64,000 nt of DNA from Candidatus Latescibacterota bacterium. GTDB taxonomy: Bacteria; Latescibacterota; UBA2968; UBA8231. The position numbers and the translations under genes were made by a program. Positions 26,260-36,419 of the stretch are shown piece by piece (position 1 is the stretch's first letter; every line of letters starts with the position of its first letter). The stretch is from NCBI GenBank assembly GCA_965208105.1, contig OZ242318.1:512001-576000 (forward strand). The letters run 5' to 3'. The notes beneath the pieces were generated by a model that saw nothing but the letters and a program-made list of their open reading frames with translations, searched no databases and was not told the origin of the DNA.

Positions 26260-28011
26260 TCACTCCACCAGCTCAAGCCTGACCCAGCGCCTCAGGGAGT
26301 TGATCAGGTACAGTTCCTCCGCCCGGCGCACCTCCTCCACCGACAAAACGCACTCGCGCAGCTCGCCGCGGGAGAGCAGGTCTGCACGGTAGGTACCGGG
26401 CAAAAGCCCGCTGGAGACCGGCGGGGTGCGCTTCTCTCCCCCGATGACGGCGACCAGATTGCCGATACAGCATTCGGTTGCCTCGCCGCGCTCGTTCTGC
26501 ATGACGACATCGCCGCAGCCGGGATGAAGGCGGCGCTGGCCCTCGTAGAGGCGGCGATGGGTGGTCTTGTGAAAGAGCATTGGATCGCTGCTGTCCACCG
26601 CTGCGGCGGAAATGGCCGCCTTGAGGCTGTCCGGCCCCCGCGGCAGGGGAGAACTGCCGACCTCGACCTCGCCGCTGCGGCCAAGGGTCAGCCGCACCCG
26701 GTAGTCGCGCGCCCCGAACCCGGCCGCCTCCTGATTCAGAGCCCGGACTATCGCCTCGGCATCGCACCTGAAACCGAAGTAATCCGCCGAGGCGCGAAGA
26801 CGCTGCAGGTGACGGTCGAGGAGAAAGTAGCCTCGGCCGGCTTCGAACAGCATGGTCTCCAGCAGGGCGAACCGCGGCCGGGGCGCCTTCAGCACCCTGG
26901 CCTTGACCAGGCATTCTGCGTACTCCCCATGAGGAGAGGAATCGCCGGTGATGCCACCTCCTACCCCGAACTCGGCGAGGCCGTAGTGACGGTCGATCAG
27001 CACCGTGCGAATGGCCACGTTGAAGCGCGCCACCGGGCCGGGTGAGACGAAGCCGATACAGCCGGTGTAGATCCCGCGGGGAGAATCCTCCAGAGAGGCG
27101 ATGATCTGCGTGGTCCGGATCTTCGGGGCTCCTGTCACCGAGCCGCAGGGGAAGAGAGCGGTGAGGAGTTGCACAAGTCCTACCCCGGCCCGCAGGCGCG
27201 AGCGCAGGGTCGAGGTCAGCTGCAGCACGGTCTCGTAGCGCTCCACCTCCCACAGCCGGAGCACCTTCACGCTGCCGGCCTCCGACACCCTGCCCATGTC
27301 GTTGCGCAGCAGGTCGACGATCATCACGTTCTCGGCGCGCTCCTTGGCCGCGGTGCGCAGGTCTCGGGAAAGTTGCGCATCCTCGCCTGCCCAGCGCCCG
27401 CGGCGGCGCGTGCCCTTCATGGGCCGCGCCGTCAGCACCCCGTTCCCGAGGCCGAAGAACAGTTCGGGGGAAGCCGAGAGGATCTGGTGCCTGCCCAGGT
27501 CCAGAAAGGCGCAATATGGCGCTCGCTGGGAGAGGCACAGGTCGCGGTAGAGGGCCCGCTCGTCCCCGCGAAAGGAGGCGCGCAGGCGGAAGGTGTAGTT
27601 GACCTGGTACGTGTCCCCTGCCTCGATGTACTGCCCGATCGCCTCCATGGCTTCGGCGTAGGCTCGACGGGAAATCGACGGCTCCCAGGGGGACATGGAA
27701 TAGCTGCCGCACCTCGGCAGCCCCCCGCAGGCAACCCGCTCGCGGTGGGCGAAGAGCCCGAACCAGACAAGGGGCAGCTCGCAGCGCCCGCTGGTTTCGA
27801 GTTTGGCGCCGAGGCCCGGTGCAGCCTCGTAGGCCAGGTACCCGGCGGCGTGCAGCCCATCCTCCACCGCCTCCTCGACGGCAGCCAGGGCCGGCTGCAC
27901 CTCTTCAGGCCGGTGGGCTGCGATCTCCCCGCGCAATCCGTTGAACGCATAGGAAGCCGTGTCCCTCTCGGAGGAATAGGACTCCAGCAGGACCAGGGGT
28001 TCGGAACTCAA
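26260..28011 (-). CDS. pabB: Aminodeoxychorismate synthase component I fused to ADC lyase (class IV aminotransferase) domain
   Basis: GDTYQVNYT, PMKGT, KERAENVMIVDLLRND, FPCGSVTGAPK; C-terminal LDRHLQRL, FHKTT, GLLPGT. Confidence 0.9.
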   Translation of the reverse strand: MSSEPLVLLESYSSERDTASYAFNGLRGEIAAHRPEEVQPALAAVEEAVEDGLHAAGYLAYEAAPGLGAKLETSGRCELPLVWFGLFAHRERVACGGLPRCGSYSMSPWEPSISRRAYAEAMEAIGQYIEAGDTYQVNYTFRLRASFRGDERALYRDLCLSQRAPYCAFLDLGRHQILSASPELFFGLGNGVLTARPMKGTRRRGRWAGEDAQLSRDLRTAAKERAENVMIVDLLRNDMGRVSEAGSVKVLRLWEVERYETVLQLTSTLRSRLRAGVGLVQLLTALFPCGSVTGAPKIRTTQIIASLEDSPRGIYTGCIGFVSPGPVARFNVAIRTVLIDRHYGLAEFGVGGGITGDSSPHGEYAECLVKARVLKAPRPRFALLETMLFEAGRGYFLLDRHLQRLRASADYFGFRCDAEAIVRALNQEAAGFGARDYRVRLTLGRSGEVEVGSSPLPRGPDSLKAAISAAAVDSSDPMLFHKTTHRRLYEGQRRLHPGCGDVVMQNERGEATECCIGNLVAVIGGEKRTPPVSSGLLPGTYRADLLSRGELRECVLSVEEVRRAEELYLINSLRRWVRLELVE

Positions 28012-28074
28012 CTGGCGGGAATCTCCTGGGTAGGACCGGGAAGGGGTTGCGGCCGCGGCCTGGGCCCGCCGGCG

Positions 28075-29358
28075 CTAAAGCAATTCGTCGGCGCAGGCTG
28101 CCACTTTGCGAAAGGCCCCGGCGTACTCGCGAATGACCTGGGGCCGATAGTGCTTGAACCAGGGAATCGAGAAACAGCGCTGGGGCAGACTCTCGGTCAC
28201 GGGCAAGCTTCCCCGCGGCTGCCTCAGCTCCCTGTCAGCCCGGGCGATGCGGGTCGGCCTGCCGTGGCCGTAAACATCCACGTCGTTCAGCACCGGGTGC
28301 AGGTGCATGAGAGGGTTTGCTCCGGGATTCACCAACCATGGTCCCGAGGCGCACTCGGCATTGACCGCGGCGCAGAAGCGCGCCAATGGCAAGTCGCCGA
28401 GCTCTTCGGGCGCATAGAGCCCGTGGGCCGCGTACCAACCTCCCATGGTGCTGCCCGAGCCCGGAGGCGGACGGTGCGCGCGCAGTCCGGGCACCCCCTC
28501 CAGCAAATCCCAGAAATAGTCCATGGCCCGCTGTATCTGTGCCATGCGCTGGTCGTAGTGCCTGAGCTGCACCCGGCCGACGGCTGCCGAGAGCTGATGC
28601 ATGCGGAATTTGCAGCCTCCCAGGGGAATGCCGGCGGAACCACGGAGCTCCGGGCACTCCAACTCGCTGCCGCGCTCGTAGTGCCCGAAGGCCAGGGCGC
28701 GCTGGTGGATTGCGGCGTCCCTGGTGAGAAGCAGCCCTCCTTCGCCGCAGGCAAGGGATTTGCCCGTCATCATGGACATGGCGGCCACGTGACCGATGGT
28801 TCCCACCAGGCGGCCTTTGTAGCGTCCCCCATGGGCGTGCGACGCGTCCTCGATGACCTTGATGCCGTGTTTTGCCGCAATCTCCATGATGGGGTCCATG
28901 TCCGCCGGGTAACCGCAGTAGTGCACCACGACGATGGCCTTGGTGCGCCCGGTGATGCGGCGCTCGATATCACCTGGGTCCAGAGTCAATGTAGCGGGAT
29001 CCATCTCGGCAAAGACCACCGTGCCGCCAAGGGAGAACACCTGGAGAACCGATCCCCAGTAGGTCATGCTCTGGCAGATGACCTCGTCGCCCCGCCGCAC
29101 CCCGCATGCCCACATGGCCGCCTGGATGGCCGCCGTTCCGGAATTGTGGCACAGGGCAAATCCGCCGCCGAACCAATCTTCCAGTTCGCTCTCGAAGCGG
29201 CGGGTCACGTCCATCTTCGACATGGCCCGCCGGCGCAGGACCTCGAGCACGGCGCCCTCGTCCTCGGCGGTGATGATGGGCCAGTCGAAGACATCACCGG
29301 GGTTCGTGCGCAGGGCCCTGTCACCCCCGTTTATCGCCAATCTGCTTGCGTGGACCAC
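28075..29358 (-). CDS. DegT/DnrJ/EryC1/StrS PLP aminotransferase
   Basis: NSGTAA, VVHYCGYPAD, IEDASHAHG, GKSLACGEGG. Confidence 0.92.
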   Translation of the reverse strand: MVHASRLAINGGDRALRTNPGDVFDWPIITAEDEGAVLEVLRRRAMSKMDVTRRFESELEDWFGGGFALCHNSGTAAIQAAMWACGVRRGDEVICQSMTYWGSVLQVFSLGGTVVFAEMDPATLTLDPGDIERRITGRTKAIVVVHYCGYPADMDPIMEIAAKHGIKVIEDASHAHGGRYKGRLVGTIGHVAAMSMMTGKSLACGEGGLLLTRDAAIHQRALAFGHYERGSELECPELRGSAGIPLGGCKFRMHQLSAAVGRVQLRHYDQRMAQIQRAMDYFWDLLEGVPGLRAHRPPPGSGSTMGGWYAAHGLYAPEELGDLPLARFCAAVNAECASGPWLVNPGANPLMHLHPVLNDVDVYGHGRPTRIARADRELRQPRGSLPVTESLPQRCFSIPWFKHYRPQVIREYAGAFRKVAACADELL

Positions 29359-29384
29359 CCTGGTTGCTCCCCCGCTCCCCGCGG

Positions 29385-30347
29385 TCAGGATCCTTCACCA
29401 TCGACGTCGGCGGCACCGACGGCCTCTTTCAACTCCTCCGCCGAGGGCATCTCGAAGTACTCCCATACAGTCCGTACTACGCCGTTGCGCACGAAGGCCA
29501 GTCGCGGATAGCCATGCTTGTAGGTGAGACGCCGAAAGTCGGTCATGGAAATGCTGGCGATGAGGTAGCGGGGCTGCAGCTGACTCTTGAAGTCCGCCAT
29601 GGCCTGGGAGTTCTGCGGAAAACTGCTCAGTGCGACCAGGGACGGCAGATCGCGGCGCGCATTCAGCTTGTTGAGGAAGGGCACCTCCTCCTGGCAGCGA
29701 CCGCATCTGGGGCTGAAAAGAGCGACAAGATAGTCCCCCTCCATCAGGTCGAGGTCCGGTCCCTTCAAGGGAAGACCGACCAGCTTGACCCCCGGCTGCA
29801 AATCAGAATTTTCGAGGCGATAGGCATCCGGAAAGAATCTGATCCCGGCGACCACCAGTGCCAGCAGCGTACCTCCCGCCATCAGTCGGGCGCTCGCCGC
29901 CAAAGCCGGGGAGGGCCGGGAGCGGGTTCCCCACCAGCCGAATACCAGCATTCCCAGCATGATCAGGTCCTCGACCGCCGCTTCTCCCGGGCTGCGGTTG
30001 ACCAGGGTACCAAAGCAGCCGCAGTCTTCGGTGGCGCCGAGGCGCCAGGCATAGGTCATCAGCCCCACAAAAAAAGCCATCAACGCCGTTGCCGCGGGGA
30101 AAACCAGCCGAGGCCTCCAGTTGAGCAGCAACCCCAGTCCCAGGCTGCACTCCAGGGGGCCGAGGAGCAGGGCGAGACGGGTAGCCGCCTTCAGCACCTC
30201 GAGGTCCTTCCCCAGCAACAGCTTGGAAAAGGGCATGGCCTCCCAGTAGAACAACACCGGTTCCCACACCTTGATGAGTCCGGACACCAGCAGGATGAGC
30301 CCCATGACCATTTGCCCGGTCCGCGCTGCCTTCGCAATTCCGCTCAT
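29385..30347 (-). CDS. DoxX/MauE-family membrane protein with thioredoxin-like domain
   Basis: DCGCFG MauE motif; C-terminal FSPRCGRC. Confidence 0.75.
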   Translation of the reverse strand: MSGIAKAARTGQMVMGLILLVSGLIKVWEPVLFYWEAMPFSKLLLGKDLEVLKAATRLALLLGPLECSLGLGLLLNWRPRLVFPAATALMAFFVGLMTYAWRLGATEDCGCFGTLVNRSPGEAAVEDLIMLGMLVFGWWGTRSRPSPALAASARLMAGGTLLALVVAGIRFFPDAYRLENSDLQPGVKLVGLPLKGPDLDLMEGDYLVALFSPRCGRCQEEVPFLNKLNARRDLPSLVALSSFPQNSQAMADFKSQLQPRYLIASISMTDFRRLTYKHGYPRLAFVRNGVVRTVWEYFEMPSAEELKEAVGAADVDGEGS

Positions 30348-33300
30348 GGTCTCCCCTCTCGCCTGGCGAAGTGCCCTATTGTCCTGGTGAAGATGCCCCG
30401 TGTCTCATGCATCAAGGTTCTGACCTCCTCCTCGAGCTCACCGGGTTCCCGCCTTCCGGCGGCGCGTGCGAGAAGCTCCAGATCGCGGCCCCGGGGCAGC
30501 ACGTTCGGGGCCTGCTCGCTGGAAATGCGCATGCACTTCTCAATCCCTCTGAGCCGCTCGTAAGCATCCAGGAGAAAACGCCCTTCCCGATCATCAAGGT
30601 ACTGCATTGCCATTAATTGGGAAAGTATCCGCCTGGTGCTGGTCCTCCTCAGCTCTCTGTGCTTTCGTCCCCAACGCAGCACCCCGAACTGGGCGATGAA
30701 CTCGATGTCGACGATTCCTCCCGTGCCGCGTTTTATGTCCACCTGAAGAGCCCGGCCGCGCGCTGCAGGGGGTTCCATCCTCATTCGCAGATCCACCGTC
30801 TCCTCGGCTAGCAACCGGTCCACGGGCGCGCGAAAAACGAAGCGCTGAATGGCGCGTTGCACCCGCTCGCCCAACTCCGGATCACCGGCCACCCTGCGGG
30901 CGCGGGTAAGAGCCAGTCGCTCCCAGGTCGCGGCCCGCCCTTTCAGATAGCGCCGGTAGGCAGCCAGGGACAGAGCAGCGGGCGCGTTACGTCCTTCGGG
31001 GCGCAGACGCGGGTCGACCTTGTAGAGCCCTCCATCCTGGAGCAACTGGATGATCTTCTGAACCAGCTCGCTGAAAAAGGCGCTGTTCGCCGTTCCCGTG
31101 CGGCCGGTCCTTCCCTCCCCGGCATAGACGAAAAACACATCGAGGTCAGCGCCGAAATCCATCTCGCGGCCGCCGAATTTACCGCCTGCAACGCAAACGC
31201 CTTCGACCTCCTCCCCGCTCCGGTTGCGCGGCTTGCCGTGGCGCTGCACGAGGCGGCGCCGGCACAGCTCGTAGGCCGCCCCCAGAATGTCCTCGGCGAG
31301 ATCCGACAGGCGCAGAAAGGTCTCTTCCTGAGAGGTCAGCCCCAGCAGGTCATCGGTGCCAATGCGCAACAGTTCCTGGTTGCGGTGGCGTTGGATGGCT
31401 CGCTGATCCCGGCGCCATTCGGCTCGTTCACCGGCTCCGACATCGATGTCCGGCGTAACCAGCCCATCCAGGAGGCCGGGGTCGCGCTGAATCAGTTCAG
31501 CCAGAAAGCGGCTGCTGCCGCAAATCGCCAGCAGCAGCCTGCGGAATCCCGCATGGGTATGGAGCAGTTCGAATAGAGGGCCGGGAGCTCCATAGGCGGC
31601 GACCATCTGGGTAAATCGCACCAGCCCCTGATCGGGGTCCGGCTCGGCGGCCAGAGACACAACCAGCTCGGTAAGCAACTCCTCGAGGTGCTGGCGGGCG
31701 GTGCTGGTCAGCATTCCCGCGTTGCTCAACTGCAGCAAATTGCGGTGCGCCGCCGCCCCATCTGCAAAACCCCGTTCCTGAAGGGCTTGCCGCGCCCTGA
31801 GGCTTCCGGGCTCGGCCTCGAGGAGCCAGTTCAGCCCCTGAACGGGGACCTCATCCCCGTAGAAGAAGCCATCGAAGATGGCGCGCACCTGCTTGAGGTG
31901 CACATCCACTGCAGCCGCCAGGTCCTCCGCTCCGGACAAGCCCAGAATCCGGGCAAGGCCATCTTGTTCGGCGCGCCCCTCAGGCAGGGCGTAGGCCGAT
32001 CTCCCCGCCTCGATCTGCAGGAGATTCTCCAGGCGGCGGTAGAACTTGTAGGCTGCTTCCAGGCTGTCAGCTTCGCTGGAAGCGAGGCCTCCGGCCTGGC
32101 GCAGGGAGGAGATCGCTTCCAGGGTGCCCTGGGTGCGCACCTGTGGATTCACACAACCGTTGAGCAACTGCAGACACTGGAGAATGAACTCGATGTCGCG
32201 AATTCCTCCGGCTCGCAGCTTGATGTTGTTGTCCCGCGCCGGGCGCTCCAGGATCCGGGCTTCGATGCGTTCCTTGATCTGGCGGATCTCATGGCGCGGG
32301 CTGATACCGAAGTGGGCAGGGTAGATGAACCTTGCCAGCATATCTCTGAACCGCTTCCACAAGGGTCCCGATCCGGCGGCACAGCGTGCCTTGATGAGCA
32401 TCTGCCGCTCCCAGGTCTCTCCCCGGGTCTCGTAATAGATCCAGTAGCTCCTCAGTGAGCGCACGAGGAGACCGGTCTTGCCCTCCGGCCGCAGCCTCAT
32501 GTCCACCGGGTAGAGGGAGCCTTCCCGGGTGGAAGCACTCAGAATCTGGATGATGCGTTCCCCCAGGCGCTGAAAGAACTCCTTGTTGTCGATCCCGGCA
32601 CCCCGCCGCCCGGGACGGGTCCGTCCATCTCCATCGTAGACGAACATCAAGTCGATGTCCGAACGGAAGTTCAATTCCCTGCCTCCGTGCTTGCCCAGGC
32701 AGACGATGCAGAATTTGGCCACGCGCCCGCGGTCGTCCCGCGGTCTGCCGTAGCGCCCCACCATTTCCGCCATGGCCAGTTCAAGGACCACCTTCAGAAC
32801 CGCGTCGGCCAGATTGGACAGCTCCCGGCCGACCTCCTCGACATCCCCGGCCCCCAGTATCTCAACCGCGCCGAGGCGCAGAAGTTCGCGCCTCTGTGCC
32901 CGTCGCAATGCATTGAGCCGATCCTCCGTCGAGGAGGTCCCTTCCATCTCCCGGCGCAGCCTTCGGCGCAGGGAATTCTGGTCCGGGGACTTGCTCAGGG
33001 ACTCGGTTCCTGCCAGGACCTGGAGGAGGAACTGGGGATTGCGTACAAGGATTTCCGTTAGAAAACGGCTGTGGGACAGCACCTGCAGCAGGCGCTGCTG
33101 CAGGGCGGGATCTGCGGAGAGACAGGCCAGGAGAGAGGGCCCGGAGTCCAAGGCTTCCACCAGCCTCTCAAGGTGATGAAGCCCGCGGTCCGGACGGCTT
33201 GTTTTCACCGCGGCCAGAAGTATCCCGGCGGAAAGGGCAACTGACCCCGCTGCCGAGCCGGCCACGCGGTCCAGGGTCTGCAGGGCTCGTTGCGGATCAT

Positions 33301-33406
33301 CGAACCCCATGCGGGTCAAGGCCTTCAGCGCTGCTGCTCCGCTTCGGGTCAGGGCCTGGTGCGCCAGTTTCTTCAGTTCGCGGTTGCTTCCAGGACGCAT
33401 TGCCAT
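30344..33406 (-). CDS. glnE: Glutamine synthetase adenylyltransferase/deadenylase
   Basis: Two NT domains: GKHGGRELNFRSDIDL...VDMRLRPEG and GKFGGREMDFGADLD...VDPRLRPEG; GGIRDIEF; downstream of glnB. Confidence 0.93.
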   Translation of the reverse strand: MAMRPGSNRELKKLAHQALTRSGAAALKALTRMGFDDPQRALQTLDRVAGSAAGSVALSAGILLAAVKTSRPDRGLHHLERLVEALDSGPSLLACLSADPALQQRLLQVLSHSRFLTEILVRNPQFLLQVLAGTESLSKSPDQNSLRRRLRREMEGTSSTEDRLNALRRAQRRELLRLGAVEILGAGDVEEVGRELSNLADAVLKVVLELAMAEMVGRYGRPRDDRGRVAKFCIVCLGKHGGRELNFRSDIDLMFVYDGDGRTRPGRRGAGIDNKEFFQRLGERIIQILSASTREGSLYPVDMRLRPEGKTGLLVRSLRSYWIYYETRGETWERQMLIKARCAAGSGPLWKRFRDMLARFIYPAHFGISPRHEIRQIKERIEARILERPARDNNIKLRAGGIRDIEFILQCLQLLNGCVNPQVRTQGTLEAISSLRQAGGLASSEADSLEAAYKFYRRLENLLQIEAGRSAYALPEGRAEQDGLARILGLSGAEDLAAAVDVHLKQVRAIFDGFFYGDEVPVQGLNWLLEAEPGSLRARQALQERGFADGAAAHRNLLQLSNAGMLTSTARQHLEELLTELVVSLAAEPDPDQGLVRFTQMVAAYGAPGPLFELLHTHAGFRRLLLAICGSSRFLAELIQRDPGLLDGLVTPDIDVGAGERAEWRRDQRAIQRHRNQELLRIGTDDLLGLTSQEETFLRLSDLAEDILGAAYELCRRRLVQRHGKPRNRSGEEVEGVCVAGGKFGGREMDFGADLDVFFVYAGEGRTGRTGTANSAFFSELVQKIIQLLQDGGLYKVDPRLRPEGRNAPAALSLAAYRRYLKGRAATWERLALTRARRVAGDPELGERVQRAIQRFVFRAPVDRLLAEETVDLRMRMEPPAARGRALQVDIKRGTGGIVDIEFIAQFGVLRWGRKHRELRRTSTRRILSQLMAMQYLDDREGRFLLDAYERLRGIEKCMRISSEQAPNVLPRGRDLELLARAAGRREPGELEEEVRTLMHETRGIFTRTIGHFARREGRP

Positions 33407-33445
33407 CCCGGTCCAATGCCGATTACATTCTGGGGTGCTTGCGCA

Positions 33446-33793
<348 letters not shown>

Positions 33794-34006
33794 TCATATA
33801 TCTCCTCCACCTGAAACCGGGGCTGGAGATCTGCCTGGACTGAACAGCATGCGGCCTGACAAGGAGGCGGATTGTTTTTGCCATCGCGCCTCCATTGAGC
33901 TTTATTACAATCTCGCGCGCCGTGCAATGAGACCATTATAGAATCCGGCGCGTCTCGTCACAAACCACATGAACTCTTCTCGGCAAAGGGCTTTGGGGGA
34001 GAAAAA

Positions 34007-34297
34007 ATGGCATCGAACATCGAAGAGCTGACCATCCACTACGAGGAGGAGGGCCAGGTCCTGCGCAAGGAACTGGCCAAGGAAGTCCTGAGCAAAGGCT
34101 CCTGGACCACCATCATGTTCCTCTACCAGGATCTCAATCGCAGAAGCGGGGAATACGGCCCGTGCAAAATCTCCATCCGCCGCTATCAGAAGCGCGAAGG
34201 AACCTATCTGCCGCGAAGCAAATTCGAGATCTCGAGCGCCAACCAGGCCAGGGCGATAAGCGCCAAGATTGCGGACTGGTTCCCGGGCCAGGAGTGA
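34007..34297 (+). CDS. Conserved hypothetical protein
   Basis: Clean ORF with RBS, divergent from glnB; KEVLSKGSWTTIMFLYQD. Confidence 0.7.
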   Translation: MASNIEELTIHYEEEGQVLRKELAKEVLSKGSWTTIMFLYQDLNRRSGEYGPCKISIRRYQKREGTYLPRSKFEISSANQARAISAKIADWFPGQE

Positions 34298-34410
34298 TCT
34301 TTCGGGGCCATCTCTCCCTCATCGCAATTCTTCCCTTCCCCTTCCCGCGCCGCAGAGCTGCGAAGGTCGGCACGGGGAACCGCTCACTTCCAGCCGGCAA
34401 AGACCAAAGG

Positions 34411-35550
34411 CTAAGTGGCGGAAGCACTCTCAACGTCCACGGGCACCCGATGCCATCCCGTGCGCCCGTCGTAGAGATCCACCCCCTCGTCCTCCATTGG
34501 CTGAGTTCCCCCCTGGTCGTCCATTGCCCGCGCCACAATTTCGTAGCGCCCGCTTGCCGGCAGCGGCCAGCGGTAACTCCAGGTCAGCCATTGATTCGGC
34601 AGCGATTGGGTCATGAGTTGCGCCTCCTCCCAGGACGCCCCGCCGTCGGCGCTCACCTCCACCATTTCCACCCGGCGCTCGCCGGCCATGGCGATTCCGT
34701 GAATCAGGAACTCCTCGCCCAACTCGCCCCGAACGGTCTGCAACTCCACCGTGACACCTCCATTGGCAGGATCCACTACGTCGTCCCATAGAGATGTGGG
34801 GGAGTCGACCCGGGAGTTCACCGTTGCAATGGCGTCGTCGGACCACTTGAATGGCTTGTTCTTGGGAAGGCTCTCCCAATGGCCCAGGTGGACGAAGTCG
34901 ATCAGTTCAATATGAGTGATCCACTTGGGCATTTTCTGCCCGTAGTGCCCGGGGTTGATCAAGCGCACCGGGAACCCGTGCTTGGATGGCAGCACCTTAC
35001 CGTTCATCTCCCACACCAGCAGGACCTCGTCGCGCAGGGCCCTTTCCAGGGGTACCGAAGTATGGTAGCCGTCGACGCTGGTGAACCGCACCCGGATGGC
35101 CTCACCGCGCACGCCGACCATGTCCATCAGGTTGTTGAACGGGGTTCCTCCCCACTCAGCGTTGCCAACCAGGGGCCCCCCTATCCAGTTTCCGATGCAC
35201 TGCATGGTCAGGACCTGGCGCTGCAGCGGCATTGCCACAATCTCTTCATAGGCCATGGCGCGGACGGGATTGTCCACAAGTCCGTCGATTCTCAATCGCC
35301 AGCGCTCGACGTTGACCTTGGGATCGTAGTTCTTGCCGTTGATCGACTGCAGGTAAAACCGTTCGTTCGGCGTGATCGGCGGCAGCGGCAACTCTCCGGC
35401 AGGCGTCCCGGGAGGCACCGCCGGTTCCGGTCCCATGGGGATGCGGCGGAACTTCACTTCGTGGCTCTCGCACCCCAGGCCCGGCACAATGGCGGCTATT
35501 GTCACCAGGCCGCCGGCTTTCAAAAAGTTGCGTCTGTCCTGCTTTTTCAT
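34411..35550 (-). CDS. Tat-exported molybdopterin oxidoreductase (sulfite oxidase family)
   Basis: RRNFLK Tat motif; TMQCIGN, HGFPVRLINPGHYGQKMPKW, VEVSADGGASW. Confidence 0.9.
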   Translation of the reverse strand: MKKQDRRNFLKAGGLVTIAAIVPGLGCESHEVKFRRIPMGPEPAVPPGTPAGELPLPPITPNERFYLQSINGKNYDPKVNVERWRLRIDGLVDNPVRAMAYEEIVAMPLQRQVLTMQCIGNWIGGPLVGNAEWGGTPFNNLMDMVGVRGEAIRVRFTSVDGYHTSVPLERALRDEVLLVWEMNGKVLPSKHGFPVRLINPGHYGQKMPKWITHIELIDFVHLGHWESLPKNKPFKWSDDAIATVNSRVDSPTSLWDDVVDPANGGVTVELQTVRGELGEEFLIHGIAMAGERRVEMVEVSADGGASWEEAQLMTQSLPNQWLTWSYRWPLPASGRYEIVARAMDDQGGTQPMEDEGVDLYDGRTGWHRVPVDVESASAT

Positions 35551-35570
35551 GGTTGAAAACCTTTCTCTTC

Positions 35571-36419
35571 TCACCGATAGCTGTAGGAGACCCCGATGCC
35601 CCAGGATTTACCCGCGCCGATATTCTCCCCGGCAACGAGGCTTTCCCACAAAACTTCCACCCATACCGGACCCCCTGCGTGCAAGGCGACGTTTACCCCG
35701 GCCTTGGTATAATCTCCCTCGGAAACCTGGACCGAAGCTCCCACAACACCGGCGCTTTCTTCCTCGGCGGCAGTCAAGGTGTTCTTGCCATCCAGGTAGG
35801 CCTTGGCGAACACCCTGGGGTGCGGCGTCGCCCCCACCTCGAGGAAATAGGGGACCTGGTTGGAGTATGGCCCGCCGCGCAGGCGCAAACCACTCTCGGC
35901 GCCAATGTATAGAGGCCAGGGATAGAGTGAGCGCGCCGCAAGCATTCTGAACTCCAGGTCCGCTTCACCAGTGCCCAGGGTAGGATCGCGCTTCTGGTCG
36001 TATCCGGTGGGAAGCTTGAAGCTCATCATGGGAGCGAGCACGATCGGGTCGTCCACCAGTTGGTACCTGCCACCCAGGTCGACATCGCCCGTACCCCTGG
36101 TCCTTCGCCACTTCACCACCAGGGTGTCCTGGAAGACCAGCTCGCCCGCGTTCATCTGGGCGACGAGGGTAAGCCTGTCCAGCAGGCCGTATTCCAGATA
36201 GAAGAATCCCTGCCGCGATTCGAACCTGTCCTCGTCCGTTCCCAATGGGTCCCGCTTTCCCATGTCATTGTAGACCTCATCGGAAGAGTAGAAGATCCCC
36301 GAAAACTTGGCGTAGTAGCTGCCCTTTGCCTGACTCCAGGCACCAGCCCAGGCCGGAGAGCCAACTCCCATGGGAAGAGAGAGAAAAATGGCCAGGGTGA
36401 GGAGCCAACGGCAACTCAT
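35571..36419 (-). CDS. Exported hypothetical protein, probable outer-membrane beta-barrel
   Basis: Signal peptide MSCRWLL...AWA, YLEYGLLDRLTL, GTGDVDLGGRY, C-terminal GVSYSY. Confidence 0.65.
   Translation of the reverse strand: MSCRWLLTLAIFLSLPMGVGSPAWAGAWSQAKGSYYAKFSGIFYSSDEVYNDMGKRDPLGTDEDRFESRQGFFYLEYGLLDRLTLVAQMNAGELVFQDTLVVKWRRTRGTGDVDLGGRYQLVDDPIVLAPMMSFKLPTGYDQKRDPTLGTGEADLEFRMLAARSLYPWPLYIGAESGLRLRGGPYSNQVPYFLEVGATPHPRVFAKAYLDGKNTLTAAEEESAGVVGASVQVSEGDYTKAGVNVALHAGGPVWVEVLWESLVAGENIGAGKSWGIGVSYSYR

Noticed and set aside
27169-29511. 780-aa plus-strand ORF, and similar long ORFs at 24426-26282, 23977-25653, 44045-45493, 51891-53396, 53813-55633, 60528-61973, 61976-63505
   Set aside because: Antisense or alternate-frame shadows of well-supported genes in GC-rich DNA; no recognisable motifs
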